Shown: positions 1-11,512, counted from the first letter of the whole stretch. The stretch is DNA of 59,289 bases, filler included, from Sphacelaria rigidula (GCA_964200075.2; 10 parts of 10 records of this genome joined end to end with filler, not necessarily neighbours in it), one strand, 5' to 3'. The notes: generated by a model not told the origin, from the letters alone. A program made the numbers and translations.

Positions 1-1091
1 GTAGGGATGCGAGGTCAATGGTCTTATGACTATGGCATGCATGATCATGAGTACACCCCCCCCTCCCATTTCGTATCGAGTTGGCTATTTTGCTCGGTTG
101 TACAAAATCGTACCAGTGGCGCATGCATGATTCTGTCCGCATTCCATTTGGTTATTTGCAAGAATTTCCAGAAATCGGCCATTTTGTATCGCTGATTTTA
201 TCCCCGTAACATTTTCCTCTGTGTTCTGCACACTACTAGGCACTGTTGAAGGTCTATTCCCCGCGTCGAATTCACCCTCCCCTCGTGACAGCTTGGTCCG
301 GCGAAAACCCGGTGTGCTCCATCCCGGCTTTGCAGGGACAGACCCCCTACGGGGTTGGTGTCGGTTGGCAACGACTGTGTGTAACACGCCACTCTCTGTG
401 TAAGTTAGGCAACCAGGTTACCGTTTTGTTTTTTGCACGCTTGCGGTTTTTTGGAGATACTATGCAGTAGTATTTACCACTTGGTTGATGGGAACCTTCT
501 CGGAATTTTCATCACTTGATTTGAGTGTATACACCGATATTCGGATTTTTAGCGGGGCTGACAGCACCATTTGCCCCTCGCGTGCGCAGAACGCGTTTTC
601 GTCGAAATCGGCGCCTGGGGCGCCGTGTTGAGATCTGCCAACGCCACACTTGCCTACGGAACGCTTCACACACCCCTCGCCCGAGGGTTCTCTGCATCCC
701 TTGGGTTGGGGTAGAGTTAGGGTTGGCCTTATTTCAAAAAGATGTTTCCAAGAAATTTCTTTATCGACCAAGTGATGAACACACCTCTAACCATGATAGT
801 GGTCGAGCTAGATCATATTGTGCGGGGTGGGAGAAGTTCAATCCCGCACGAAGGGGTTGATCATACTTTTGCACGTGGTGTTTGAATGGTGAGACACCCA
901 TGGGACAGTGTAAAAGCAATGGCTGTCTCTGTAAGTCGCGATACCAAAAAATTGAAGCAACTCATAAGAGGCTGTCATCAAAATGCAAGATTGTCAGTAC
1001 GCTTCGGGCCGAGCAATCTTAGCAGGATGCTGCTCACCCTTCATGCGACTCGCCAAACACACTACGGCGCTTGGCGCTTGGTAATTGATCG

Positions 1092-1227
1092 CGAGCCTGG
1101 GCTGCCGAGAACCCGGCGTGTGCTCCATTCCGGTTTTGTAGGGATGCGAGGTCAATGGTCATATGACGACGGCGTGCATAATCATAAGTACCCCCCCCCC
1201 CCCCCCCCCCCCCCACACCCCCCCCCC
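1092..1227 (+). repeat. Retroposon 3' tail copy ending in poly(C); related copies at 1-66, about 290-340, 1303-1375 and 5704-5825
   Basis: Shared core GGGATGCG(A/T)GGTCAATGGTCA...AGTAC followed by a C-tract. Confidence 0.75.
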
Positions 1228-2471
1228 NNNNNNNNNGTAAATGCGTCACTTGCCCCGGCTCGCATAAATACAAGTCCCCCCCCCCCCCCCCGTTCCCATG
1301 ACAGCCCCGTCTCGAAAGGGATGCGTGGCCAGCGGTCATGTATCAGAAGGCAGCAACAAATGAGTACGCCCCCCAATCATGGATTCTGACTTACAATACT
1401 TTCGCTACGATATCGGTAGAGTGTGGATCCGAGCACAGTGCGGAGAAATCACCAGTCATGAGTAAGATCCGCTACACATTTTTTCTTTGTTGTCACGTTT
1501 GAAATCCTCCTCTCCCTCGCAACGAGTACGTGGTCTCCACCTGTACGGTACACGCCTTGCGCTTTAGTCTCGCGGATTGGATCATGACTAGCGCTCCTCC
1601 ACCGCGTCAAATCTCGTCAAACAAACTCAGTCGACATTTTTCTGTTCACTGACGTACTCACGCTTGCAACAGTGGAAATCAGATACGTGGTGAAAAAAAC
1701 GAACGCATTGGGAGTCTAACCCTCGTTCTCTCCACCCTGATGATGACAGTCGGACCATTTTAGTTCATACCACTGGGGCGCGGCGATGAGTAATTGCACT
1801 GTACCAGCGCAGTGCGGGGTCTCAGCATGGTGCGATCATGCCGGGGCTGGTGATCCACCGTACTATAAATGGACCGCCACTATGTCGGTAGCACTGTGCT
1901 GGTGTACGTTGTGTAGCACCTAACCTCCTGAATGCTGGACACCATCTTGTTTCGGGCCCATATAATTCATGACCGGAGATCCGAATATACGTGAATCTAC
2001 GGTATGTCAACCCCGACCCCGGATGCACCACGTGGTCGTCATCCACTTGTGTCCAAATTCAGGGTCAACGTTCCTTTAGACGTACTCAAACATAGCGACT
2101 TTTTTGTATTATCGGACACAAGGCGCATGCTGGACGCGGACGACACTATAACAGTGTCTGTCGGAAAATGTATCCGTTTCCTTTGCTCTCACTTCTTGCT
2201 CATGAAACAAAAATGCGAATTTTGAGTATTTTTTGCGTTTTGATTATTCGGACGATATAGATGCTCCTTCTCCTGTAAACATTTGGTTGCTATTTTATTT
2301 TATTGGGGAGAATATCAACGAAATTCGTGAACATGATTATTTCCCATTTGTAGCTCTTTTCACGGTGCATGCACTGCAGCAGCTTGTCCACAGGTAGGTT
2401 CGGATCTAACTCCACCTTCGCTCATTCCCCTTTATTTTCCGCTTCCTGTCATGGTCGTCTCCTGTCGGTAG

Positions 2472-3881
2472 GAAAACTTCCGCAAGATGGAAGCCGATGC
2501 AAGAGCAACACAAGGCAAGGAGGACAAGTCCGATGAGCCGCCAGTAGCATCAGAAAAGAAGCCGACGCCGACGCCCGCCCCTTCCCCCAACCCCTTCGCC
2601 GCGTTCACTTCAATGTTCGCTCCGGCGCCCGCTGCCCCCAAGAAAACAAAGGCCGAGCCTCCGGCGGTAGTCGCCCCGCCCCCCACGCCGGCGCCGACGC
2701 CGGCCGTGCGACCCCCTGTATCGAAGGTGAAGGTGGCGCCCGCGCCCCCGACCGTGCGACCGACGATTTCGGCTGCTAAGGAGACGGCAGAAGAATCTAT
2801 CCCTGACGATGCTGATGGTGAGAAAGCTGGTATCTGGGACATGTTTGGTGGGATGTTTGCGACAAGCGAAGAGACCTTTTACGATGATGAGCTGGACACG
2901 CTGCCGGAGAAGACTAGTTCCCCCCGGGCGATGCCGGTGTTCAGTCCGCCGCCGGCCCCCGTCGCGGCTAAGAAGTCCTCTACCCCTCCTGCCAAGGCCG
3001 TCCCCAAGAAGCCGATGTCTGCTGCGGCCAAGAAACCAGCTGCCGTCGCCCCTGCCAAACAGAAACCTGAGAAGGCCGACGCCGATCCCTTGACGTCTGT
3101 CTTCGGCGGGTTGTTCGGTGGCGGCAGCGCTGCCGGCAAGGGCGACTCTAAGGCAGCGGCGACCCCAGCTAAGGTAGTCGAGACCAAACCCAAGCCGGCA
3201 GCCACTCCCACGCCAGCGAAGAAGGACTCCAAACCGGCGTTCGACCTGTTCGGCATGATGGGCGGGGCGCCGAAAGCCAAGGATGAGAACCAACCTCCTA
3301 CGCCACCTGCTCCGACCAGCACGCCGCCGCGGGCTGCCGCGGTGTCTAAGGCGAAAGCCCCCGCCCCCGCTCCTCCGGCGGTCGCTGGCCTTTTCGACGT
3401 TTTTGGTGCTTCCAAGTCCAAGAAGAGCACGCCGACCTCCGCAGCCGCGAAATCATCCACGACTTCTCCCACGAGCACGCCGCCACGGGCTGCCGCGGCG
3501 TCTAAGGCGAAAGCCCCCGCTCCCGCTCCTCCAGCTGTCCCCGGCCTTTTCGACGTTTTCGGAGCTTCTAAGTCCAAAAAGAGCACGCCAACATCCCCGA
3601 CATCGCCCGCCGCCGCCACCCCGGCGCCAGCAGTGGCGCCGAAGAAGCTGGAACCCGCAAAGAAGTCGTCGCCGTTCGCTGGGTTGTTCGGCGGTGGGAG
3701 CAGTGGAGACACGGAGAAGGCGAAGCCGGCCGCGCCGAAGCCGAAGCCGAAGCCGAAGCCCGCTAGGCCCGTGCGCCAGCCCGTGCAGAAAGTGGCGCCG
3801 CCCCCGCCCGCGGCCTCTCGAGTGAAGAAAATGGACGATGCGTTCTTGAAGAAGGTTTCGGTGATGCTCAGGGGTAGTCAG
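2472..3881 (+). CDS. Large internal exon of a Pro/Ala/Lys-rich disordered protein with repeated F-x-x-(L/M/V)-F-G motifs (partial gene)
   Basis: Pyrimidine tract plus TAG acceptor ending at 2471; 470 open codons; donor CAG|GTCAGT at 3881/3882; internal 156-nt duplication with mostly synonymous differences. Confidence 0.88.
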
Positions 3882-4933
3882 GTCAGTTTTTCGGGGGGGA
3901 TGGGAGGGCGGGAGGTACGTGGGTGCGTTGGTTTTCTGTCTGGGTTCCCCTGTTGCTTGTGTGTTGTGTGTTGTGTGTTATGAGAATTAACATGCCGAGA
4001 AAGGAGCAGTGTCAAATTGCATGCGTGTTCGTCTGTTTGGGATTTACCTTGCGTTGTCTGATTTCGAGAGAAAAAAAAGACGAAGAAGAACTGATTTCCC
4101 TCGAAAGGTCGGGTGAAAATATAAGGTTATTGATGCTCTGCTTGCTTTCATTCAGCGTCAAAGATGTATATGGAGTGTAGAGCAAAACAAGAGTCGTGCG
4201 GCCGTCTCTACCCCCACACATTTATCCCCTTCTTTCTACTTTGTCAAAAAAATAACATCTATTGTAAGATTTGTACACAAGAGAAAACCGACCAAGGAAT
4301 TCAAACCCTTATACTTTCTGCGAATAGCGAAGTGCTTTTTTCAGTCAAGTTACGTCGGTATTGTCGAGGGACAGAGCTCAAATGAGCAAGACAGACAGAA
4401 TAATGGGGGTGAAGAGAAGTGAGATGAGGTGGGAATGATGTATGATGTATGATCTATCCTTACAGCTCATCTCATACTGAATGAAAGGACATGGATAAAG
4501 GGACCATGATCCAAGAGACATTGGCCTGGAGTTCAGTTCAACGTGTAGATCACATTGGGTTTGTTGTGTACAACGTTCCATGACTCTTGAGCATGCTCGG
4601 TCTGGTATCGTCCCGTCATTCTGAGGTAAAGAGACAATCCTCCAAAGATCTAACGGACATTCCAGGAACCTTTCTCGGTGCTAAAAGTCTCTCATGAACA
4701 AAGCCAACATGTTCTTGGACGGAACTAAAAGGTTTGTTGGATTCTCACAAGTGGTATTCACATTGCCCCCCTAGTTGTGACGGTGTTGAAGCTCTCACTC
4801 CGTCAAAAACTTGAGATTGGAGGATCCCAGATTACGGACCAGGAGGTATGTTGGGTTCTCACAAGTGGGATTCACAAGTGAAGTAAATATCATTTGTGTT
4901 ATCTTTCCCTGACTCCTGTTTTCGAAATGGTAG

Positions 4934-5044
4934 GTAAAGATCAAGAAATTCCAGCAACTGACCGACCGCTTCCGGGGGGGTCTGATCAAGGCACCAGCGT
5001 ACTACGAGGGAGTGGAGGAGCTCTTCGGAGAGGCCAACGTGGAG
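4934..5044 (+). CDS. Next exon of the same gene (VKIKKFQQLTDRFRGGLIKAPAYYEGVEELFGEANVE), a small helical domain resembling the ZNF598/Hel2 PAH-like domain
   Basis: TAG acceptor ending at 4933, GAG|GTCAGT donor, 111 nt in phase 0 continuing DDAFLKKVSVMLRGSQ. The domain call is by eye only. Confidence 0.78.
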
Positions 5045-5611
5045 GTCAGTGGTGTCTCTGAGGTCATACATCTTCGAACGAGTAAAAACAAAATCATGCA
5101 ATTTTGCGGTCTGAAATTACAGAAACAGAATCGCCGGGTACCGTGCCGTTTCTGCAGTCCGAAGATGACAACCGCCTACTTGGCTCTCTGAAGTCGTCCC
5201 CTCGCCGTACGGACTCTTGAAACACTGCAGCCGGTTCATAGTCGCGTTTCCATTCACCTTTTTCAGTTTTGCTTTATTTTCTTAGCTTCGATATGGGGCA
5301 CAGTTGCAGCACTGATCCGATGCTCGACAGAGAAGTGCGACAACAGAAAGATGCGAGCAAGCCCCCCTTGGAGACAGAAGTTGACTCCTTGAAGTCACGA
5401 ACGCGTCTCGATAAGGAGGGCGTGAAAGGCGGCGGGGGTTGAACACGGAAGGTACTACAAAAGTTGAGGATACAACTACTACCATCGACGTTTATGACGT
5501 CGTGTTCCTGCTTGTTGGGATTCTACGTCGTAGTGCCGTATGTACAGCCATGATGTATTTTGCAGGGTATTGTCAAGTCTCCAACCTGTTCCCCCCTACC
5601 CCCACACTGCT

Positions 5612-5825
5612 CCGTCTCGAAAGGGATGCGTGGTCAATGGTCAAACAACTAAGGCAAGCAACAAATGAGTACGCCCCCCCTACCCCCACACCTTCTTGGT
5701 GATTACGAGCCTGGTCCGGCGAAACCCGGCGTGCCCCGTCCCGGCGTTGTATGGACGCGAGGTCATTTGTCTTGAAAACTACGGCATGCAAGATCATGAG
5801 TACCTTCCCCCCCCCTCCCCCCACC
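5612..5825 (+). repeat. Two adjacent poly(C)-tailed retroposon 3' ends (one of each subfamily)
   Basis: CCGTCTCGAAAGGGATGCGTGGTCAATGGTCAAACAACTAAGGCAAGCAACAAATGAGTACGCCCCCCC, then GAGCCTGGTCCGGCGAAACCCGGCG...GATCATGAGTACCTTCCCCCC. Confidence 0.75.
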
Positions 5826-5839
5826 AACACCCCCGCAGC

Positions 5840-5939
5840 NNNNNNNNNNNNNNNNNNNNNNNNNNNNNNNNNNNNNNNNNNNNTTAATTAATTAANNNNN
5901 NNNNNNNNNNNNNNNNNNNNNNNNNNNNNNNNNNNNNNN
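5840..5939. other. Artificial contig spacer (Ns + TTAATTAATTAA + Ns); same spacer at 11779, 17718, 23657, 29596, 35535, 41474, 47413 and 53352
   Basis: Identical 100-bp linker with stops in all six frames every 5939 bp. Pieces are all 5838-5839 bp, as expected for size-sorted unplaced scaffolds. Confidence 0.98.
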
Positions 5940-6673
5940 GTGGGGGGTGGGGGGGGGTGGCGGGATGAGGCATACGGGGGGGGGGGGGGGGGGCGGGGGG
6001 GTTGACGTCTCGGTGCATAAAGTGTGTGAGGGAAAATTTCCAACCGTCAACTGCAAAGTATAATTTGCTCGTTTTCCCGTAAGCCCCCGTGTGTGCACCG
6101 ATGTTGAAGTTTTGTGGAACTGAAGTTTGTCTGCAAGTGCTCCTGCACTGAAGATGCCAAACAAGAAGGCTCCTCAGTGAATTGTCAGTTGCAAGGATTT
6201 TATCCGTACCAATAATGTCATGCAATTTTTTCTTCGGTGGCGAAAGGACACAATGAAGGGTAATTTTGTACGACGGGGAAGGGAGGGGGAGGGGAGGGGG
6301 TGGCAATCGTCCCACCAAACGGAAAGATGTGGTTTCCTTTTGTGGTGTCGGTGGTTCGGGCACTACAGTACGTCGTCCGCTGCTTTGTATTTTCAGCTCC
6401 ATGAGTCTTTGTGAAACGGCTTGTTGTTGTGTCTATCGGCACGGTTCTCCCTCCCGATTTGGAATGACGGGTTCGGAATTTCATGTGCTCCGCGAGCCTT
6501 TGCACGTGACAGGCTTTTGCTTCATACGCTGCCTTCGAGGTCATTTTTTCGTGGTGCAACATCCTCTCCTGACGTTGTGGAGCGGACACGTGTTTTGCCC
6601 TCCAGTTGCTGCAGCTCCCCACCGTTCGTTGACTCTCATGGCATCCCATCCCCCTTGATTCGTTTTTCGTCAG

Positions 6674-6876
6674 GTCGCGGTCAAAAGGCTGCCTCGACAG
6701 CGCGATTACCCGGCGGCGATGATTTGGAGGAAGACGACTATTACGATCCCGATGACGTACCAGCCTTGCAAGGCGCTGACGATGGTGTGGAGGATGGCCA
6801 AGCGGCGGAAGGTGCAGGGGGCAAACGGACTGGCGGTGCTTCTTCTGCCAGAAAAACGAAGGTTGTGACCTTCTAG
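6674..6876 (+). CDS. Probable terminal exon of an unidentified gene (acidic tail ...DDLEEDDYYDPDDVPAL...KTKVVTF*)
   Basis: TTTTTCGTCAG acceptor ending at 6673, coding-like GC-rich composition, TAG stop at 6874-6876. Confidence 0.6.
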
Positions 6877-8385
6877 GCGCTTTTTGACGGTCGACTGGTC
6901 CACGATACGTTTCATGGTTTTGTGGACAACGGTGATCCACAGATCGTGTCACTTGGCACTTTTGTTTTTTTTCAAGGTCATGCGTGTGTGTCATCTGGTG
7001 CTGCTGTTGCTGTGGGCCGTGGACCTTTTGAGCGCGACGTTTTGGCGGTGCCCATGGTGAACAGCTTGTTCCATTCTCCAGTATCCTGAGGACAACTGGT
7101 GCTGTCAATGCAGGCTTGACACAAAACACCTCCAGATTTACGAAGATTGCCGTGCAGAGGTTTGACTCTGTGTTTTCCTTCGGGTGCTAAAACTGATAAG
7201 AGTGATCCTGATTAATTCGTTTTTTCTTGGGAGTGTGCGGGTGTGTTCCCGTTTGTGTCGAGCAGCGATGGATTAGGCCGGCTTCAGGTAGCGAAACTAA
7301 TTGGCCAGATTTTGTTTTGTTTCGGGGATTTCCTGTCCGCAGTTTGTGGCATAGGAGGCCGCATGACCGCGCGAAGGTGCCTTTTTACTTGACGAGGTTA
7401 CGCACGTCGGACGGCTCATGAGCTGCCTAAATTTTATGTGTTCTTAGTGTACTGATCCGGATCATGAGCGAGCTCTATTTCCGTGCTTGCTCCCTGCAGC
7501 GCTGGACTCTGAGCACGCGGAGTACTATGGCGCAAAGGTAGCGCTTTGGCTTTTCTGACCCTGCTGTCACGTATTTTGTGTTCGTGGAGGATGGATTTTT
7601 AGGGTCTTGCGCGATGAGTTCTTGTACGTGAGCTCATGAGCTGTTCGACGTGTGCAAGGTTGCCCTCGAAATCTGAGTATGTCGGGCCATCTGTTCTGCA
7701 GATCATGAGCTGCACGCGATTGCCGATGCAGCTCGGAGGATTTCGTCTCGAGGATGGTGTTCCTCGAAACTCTGTATCCATTTTGAAGTAACTGCCTGCA
7801 CGATCAAAGTTTTCGGCAAGCTGCGATTTCCAACAATTCCGCAAAACTTCGCTCCGAACGCCGTACAGAGTTGTGGTCCGTGAGAGCGCCAGCAGCGATG
7901 GTGGTTACCTTGTTGATATACCAAGATGCCGAGATCACACTGGTTGTTTGTTCTCCCTCTCACGCGTCTAGTACGTTTTTGTTTCATTTCCCCTGTTCAC
8001 ATTGTCACCGCACACTTAATACAGCGAAGTCCTCAGAGGAGTTGGTCGCAGTAATCTGCCTCCCGAATCGTTTGGAACCGACAACCCTTTTCACCGCGCA
8101 GCCTTCCTATTCAGTCGATCTTGCACAGCCGCATTTCATCCGTCCGAGTCAAAACTCGTGCCGTATCACCATCATCATGCACTACCCTCCGATCACGAGC
8201 GAATCCCGACCTTCATTATTTTGAAAGCCATACGCCAAGTCTCCCCCCCCGGGTCCCCACTTAGCGCCGACGTGTTTCCTCGACTCCGTTGAATCATGCG
8301 CAAAATTACCAAGAAAAATGAGAAGTAAATGCAACAAAAACACCCTGACTGCTCTAATAGCACACCCTCGATCCTCCTCCACGAT

Positions 8386-8922
8386 TCAGAAAGCGTCCGC
8401 GATACGGTTGGCGGCAGGCACGTCTCCTGCCGGCGACGATGCAGATTCTTCCTTCCCAAGTTCGTCTTTCCCGACAGGAGAAGAGCCGTCGGCTGCACCT
8501 GTCGGCTGATCCGCACTCGGAGTAGCAGGATCCGACGATGGCTGCTGCTGCTTCTCACTGCTCAATGACTCTCCGCCAGCATCACTGCTGCCGCGCTCGT
8601 CGGCGGTGGCGGCGGCGTTCTCCCTCTCCCGTTCGTCCTCCCCACTCCCCGAAGAAGACCTGCTGTCGTCCTCATAATCCCCGTCCTCGCTGTCGTCTTC
8701 ACTGGTATAACTGCTACCATCGCTCCACGGACCTTCGTCACCCCCAACGCCTCCGAAGTCTCCGATGCCAGGAATGGATGGGCTCGACTTCGTGTCCTCG
8801 GCGGGAGGCGGGCGATTGTCGGATGCGAAGCCGTTCAGCTTCCCCGACACGAGGCAACCCCCGAAAGCTGTCTTCAGGCGGGCACGGTAGGCCTTTTCGG
8901 CACGAGCTAGGCGAACGAGACC
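8386..8922 (-). CDS. Terminal exon of the TPR protein (C-terminal helix plus acidic disordered tail)
   Basis: CTCCAACAG acceptor; in-phase continuation GLVRLARAEKAYRARLKTAFGG typical of the post-TPR helix; TGA at 8386-8388. Confidence 0.82.
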   Translation of the reverse strand, partial: GLVRLARAEKAYRARLKTAFGGCLVSGKLNGFASDNRPPPAEDTKSSPSIPGIGDFGGVGGDEGPWSDGSSYTSEDDSEDGDYEDDSRSSSGSGEDERERENAAATADERGSSDAGGESLSSEKQQQPSSDPATPSADQPTGAADGSSPVGKDELGKEESASSPAGDVPAANRIADAF

Positions 8923-9369
8923 CTGTTGGAGATGGTGGGCGTAAAATCGGGGTGTTGTGGTTTAAAAGTGAGGAGTTGAGGGGAAGATCCTGGAATAAAC
9001 TGACGATCAATGCAGTTTTGGTGTCATCTATGGTGCTGGACAAAAGCTGCACACCGTTAGAACACCACTCGATGAGATCCATCACCAAATCTGTGCAGCG
9101 TAAATTTCACTGAGCCCTCAACAGGGAATCCTGAAGAATGGAAGTAAACTTTCTTTAACGTGAACGACGAAAAACAAGGCGGAGCTCGAAAATATGCGAC
9201 ATGATACCCGTCTACGGCACCGAGGAGACGAGACAGGTCCTCTTTCGAAGAACTGGGCCCAGTGCAGTGTCATCAGGTGGAGAGGCGAGCACAGCATCTT
9301 CTTCCCAGGCCCGTAGATCACGTGGTTTGTGCAGATCAAGGGTCTTTCTGTAGAAGAATAGTAACCGAC

Positions 9370-9788
9370 TTAGACCCACTTTTATGGCAACGAATCTCGA
9401 TTTGTACAAATATGAGGATTTCAGCCCATCTACAGGCAATTTTCCCCCGTGGGTTGATTTTTCGGACCCCATTCCGTCAGGCAATGTTCTTCGGCTAGCT
9501 GTGAGCAAACCAGATCAATTCTCCGATTCTATGGACGTTGACTTCTGGTTCACCACATTTATTTCTGCCCAAATCGGGACACTCCCACACCTCCCCCGAT
9601 TTTTTTTTAAATAGGGGGAGATACGGAAAATCGGATAATTGATCTGGTTTGCTCACAGCAAACCGTAAAACATTGCCCAACGGACTGAGGTCCGAAAAAT
9701 CAATCCACGGGAGAAAATCGCCTCTAGACGGGCTGATGTCCTCATAATTGTACAACTCGAGATTCGTTGCCATAAAAGCGGGTCTTAG
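9370..9788. repeat. Intronic fold-back (MITE-like) element with about 160-bp inverted arms
   Basis: 9370-9528 is the reverse complement of 9628-9788 with scattered mismatches; related fragment near 47853-48040. Confidence 0.85.
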
Positions 9789-10298
9789 ATTACTAGGCAG
9801 ATCAGATGGGTGTCCCCCAGACCCGAGAAGCGGCAACGCCTAGGCTGTAGATAGAGAGGCTCGGCATAGGACTAGACCGTGCCTTTGCCCACCTCTATTC
9901 ACTTTACCGAGCTGGGATATTCTTCTGCACCAATCGCTGCCCGGCATTTGGTGAAGACGAGTGAGAGTTAGGAGTGAGAAACGTCAAGCTATAATCGAAT
10001 GGGAACAAGCTCCCTGTTTAATCAATAAGGGCGTACAGCTACAGCGTGAACGGAGAGTGTGTCGAGCGTAGACACATCGTTGATCGATCTGTTTGGGGAT
10101 CGATCGATACGTGCTGATACAAGAAAGTGTATCCAGCGTGTCCTCATCACACCAGAGGTTGTGGAACCAACTATTTTAGCATTAAAATGCCAGTCATTCG
10201 CCTACGCACTGACGCGCTTCATTTACAGGTCTGGAACTGTTTTGCCCTCTGGCCCAAAATGTTTAGGTGCACTGTTCCTGAAATTCCAACACACTCAG

Positions 10299-10688
10299 AA
10301 CATGTTCCTGAGATTAGAAATGTTTTTTTCTCGGAACGGGAGGTTGTCCGTGATTTACACCAAGACCGTCGAATCGTCCGAAACGACCGTCACCCCGCTG
10401 AAAGCCGGTGATCTGACGGGAATTTTGGTGCAAAACGACTTTGAATTGACCTGGTCAGTGCAACATTATGAAGGAAAATGTGTCCAGAAAAAAATAAAGA
10501 AAAACACATTTGCGGTCCTATCTCATGCAAGGCGTGATCGATTTCAAGTCTGACTGCGCCATTTTTCCCGTCATATCACAGGGTTTCAGGGGGGTGACGG
10601 CCGTTTCAGACGATTCGATCTTCTTGGTGTAAATCACGAAAATCTCCCGTTCCGAAGAATGATCCGTTTCCAATCTCACGAACATGTT
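10299..10688. repeat. Second intronic fold-back (MITE-like) element with about 150-bp arms
   Basis: GTGATTTACACCAAGA...CGTCACCCCGCTGAAA mirrored by TTTCAGGGGGGTGACGG...TCTTGGTGTAAATCAC. Confidence 0.82.
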
Positions 10689-11061
10689 GTTTCAACAGCT
10701 CCATTCCGGCCAATGCGATATATTCCATGCGATTTTATCCTTTGTAATCCTTGGGGATCTATTTAGTTTGATGGACGTTTGAGAATGGTTGCCAGAATGG
10801 GTCGTCGGCAAGCTGCGAGAGCCACGCACAGTTACTTGGGGCCTTTCTGACTATCGCATGTTGGTCAAATCTCCCCGTCCAACTTTCAGCGTAGGACCAA
10901 GGTAGGGCATATATTTTTCGCATAGTTCTCATCACCATTTGAAAAAAAAATCGTTCCCATTTTTCAAGATCCCCTGATATTCGTTATTTGTGTTTCAGCA
11001 CAGATCCTGGTGCAGCCCACCACCCCGCCCGACCCGTACCCGCCCTTATCATAAATATCAC

Positions 11062-11512
11062 CTGCTGACATGAGATATTCTTGGGCTCCACATCCAAAAC
11101 ACGCTTGAACTCTTGGCGAGACTCGTCCCACTCCCCGGTAACCTCAAGCGCGCAAGCGCGACGGTAGGCAGCCTTTCTCCCCGTGACGCATTCGGTAGTG
11201 GGCTTCAGCGTGGAGGCGCGATCCGCAGCTTCCATCGCAGAGATACCGTCTCCGATCTTGAGGTAGCATGCGGCCTGGTTGCACAGAATCGCCGCTTGCA
11301 TGTCGACGAATGCGTTCTTGGCGTCCGCGGCATGGTGGGTAGATTGTGTCGCTGGCGCTTGTTCTTCGTTGCCATCAATTTGGTCGGTTTTTGCGTTGGA
11401 GTTCGAAGATTTGCTTTCGAAATCGTCCTCTTCGCCGTCCTCGTCTGATTGGCTTCCACCCGCGTCAACGCCGTCGGCATAGCGAATGGCGTTGGCATAT
11501 CGTCGCAACGCT
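11062..11512 (-). CDS. TPR-domain exon of a Cyp40/FKBP-type TPR (Hsp90 co-chaperone-like) protein
   Basis: ALRRYANAIRY...AILCNQAACYLK...KAAYRRACALEVTGEWDESRQEFKRVLDVEPKN; CAG acceptor and CAG|GTGAT donor. Confidence 0.85.

Noticed and set aside
2432..3825. Long alternative-frame and antisense ORFs (2432-2842, 2610-3293, 2879-3712, 3283-3825)
   Set aside because: Shadows of the GC-rich low-complexity exon; the synonymous-change pattern supports only the 2472-3881 frame.
9384..9836. Pair of similar ORFs on opposite strands (MATNL(D/E)LY.YED.SPS)
   Set aside because: A by-product of the inverted repeat; no coding evidence.
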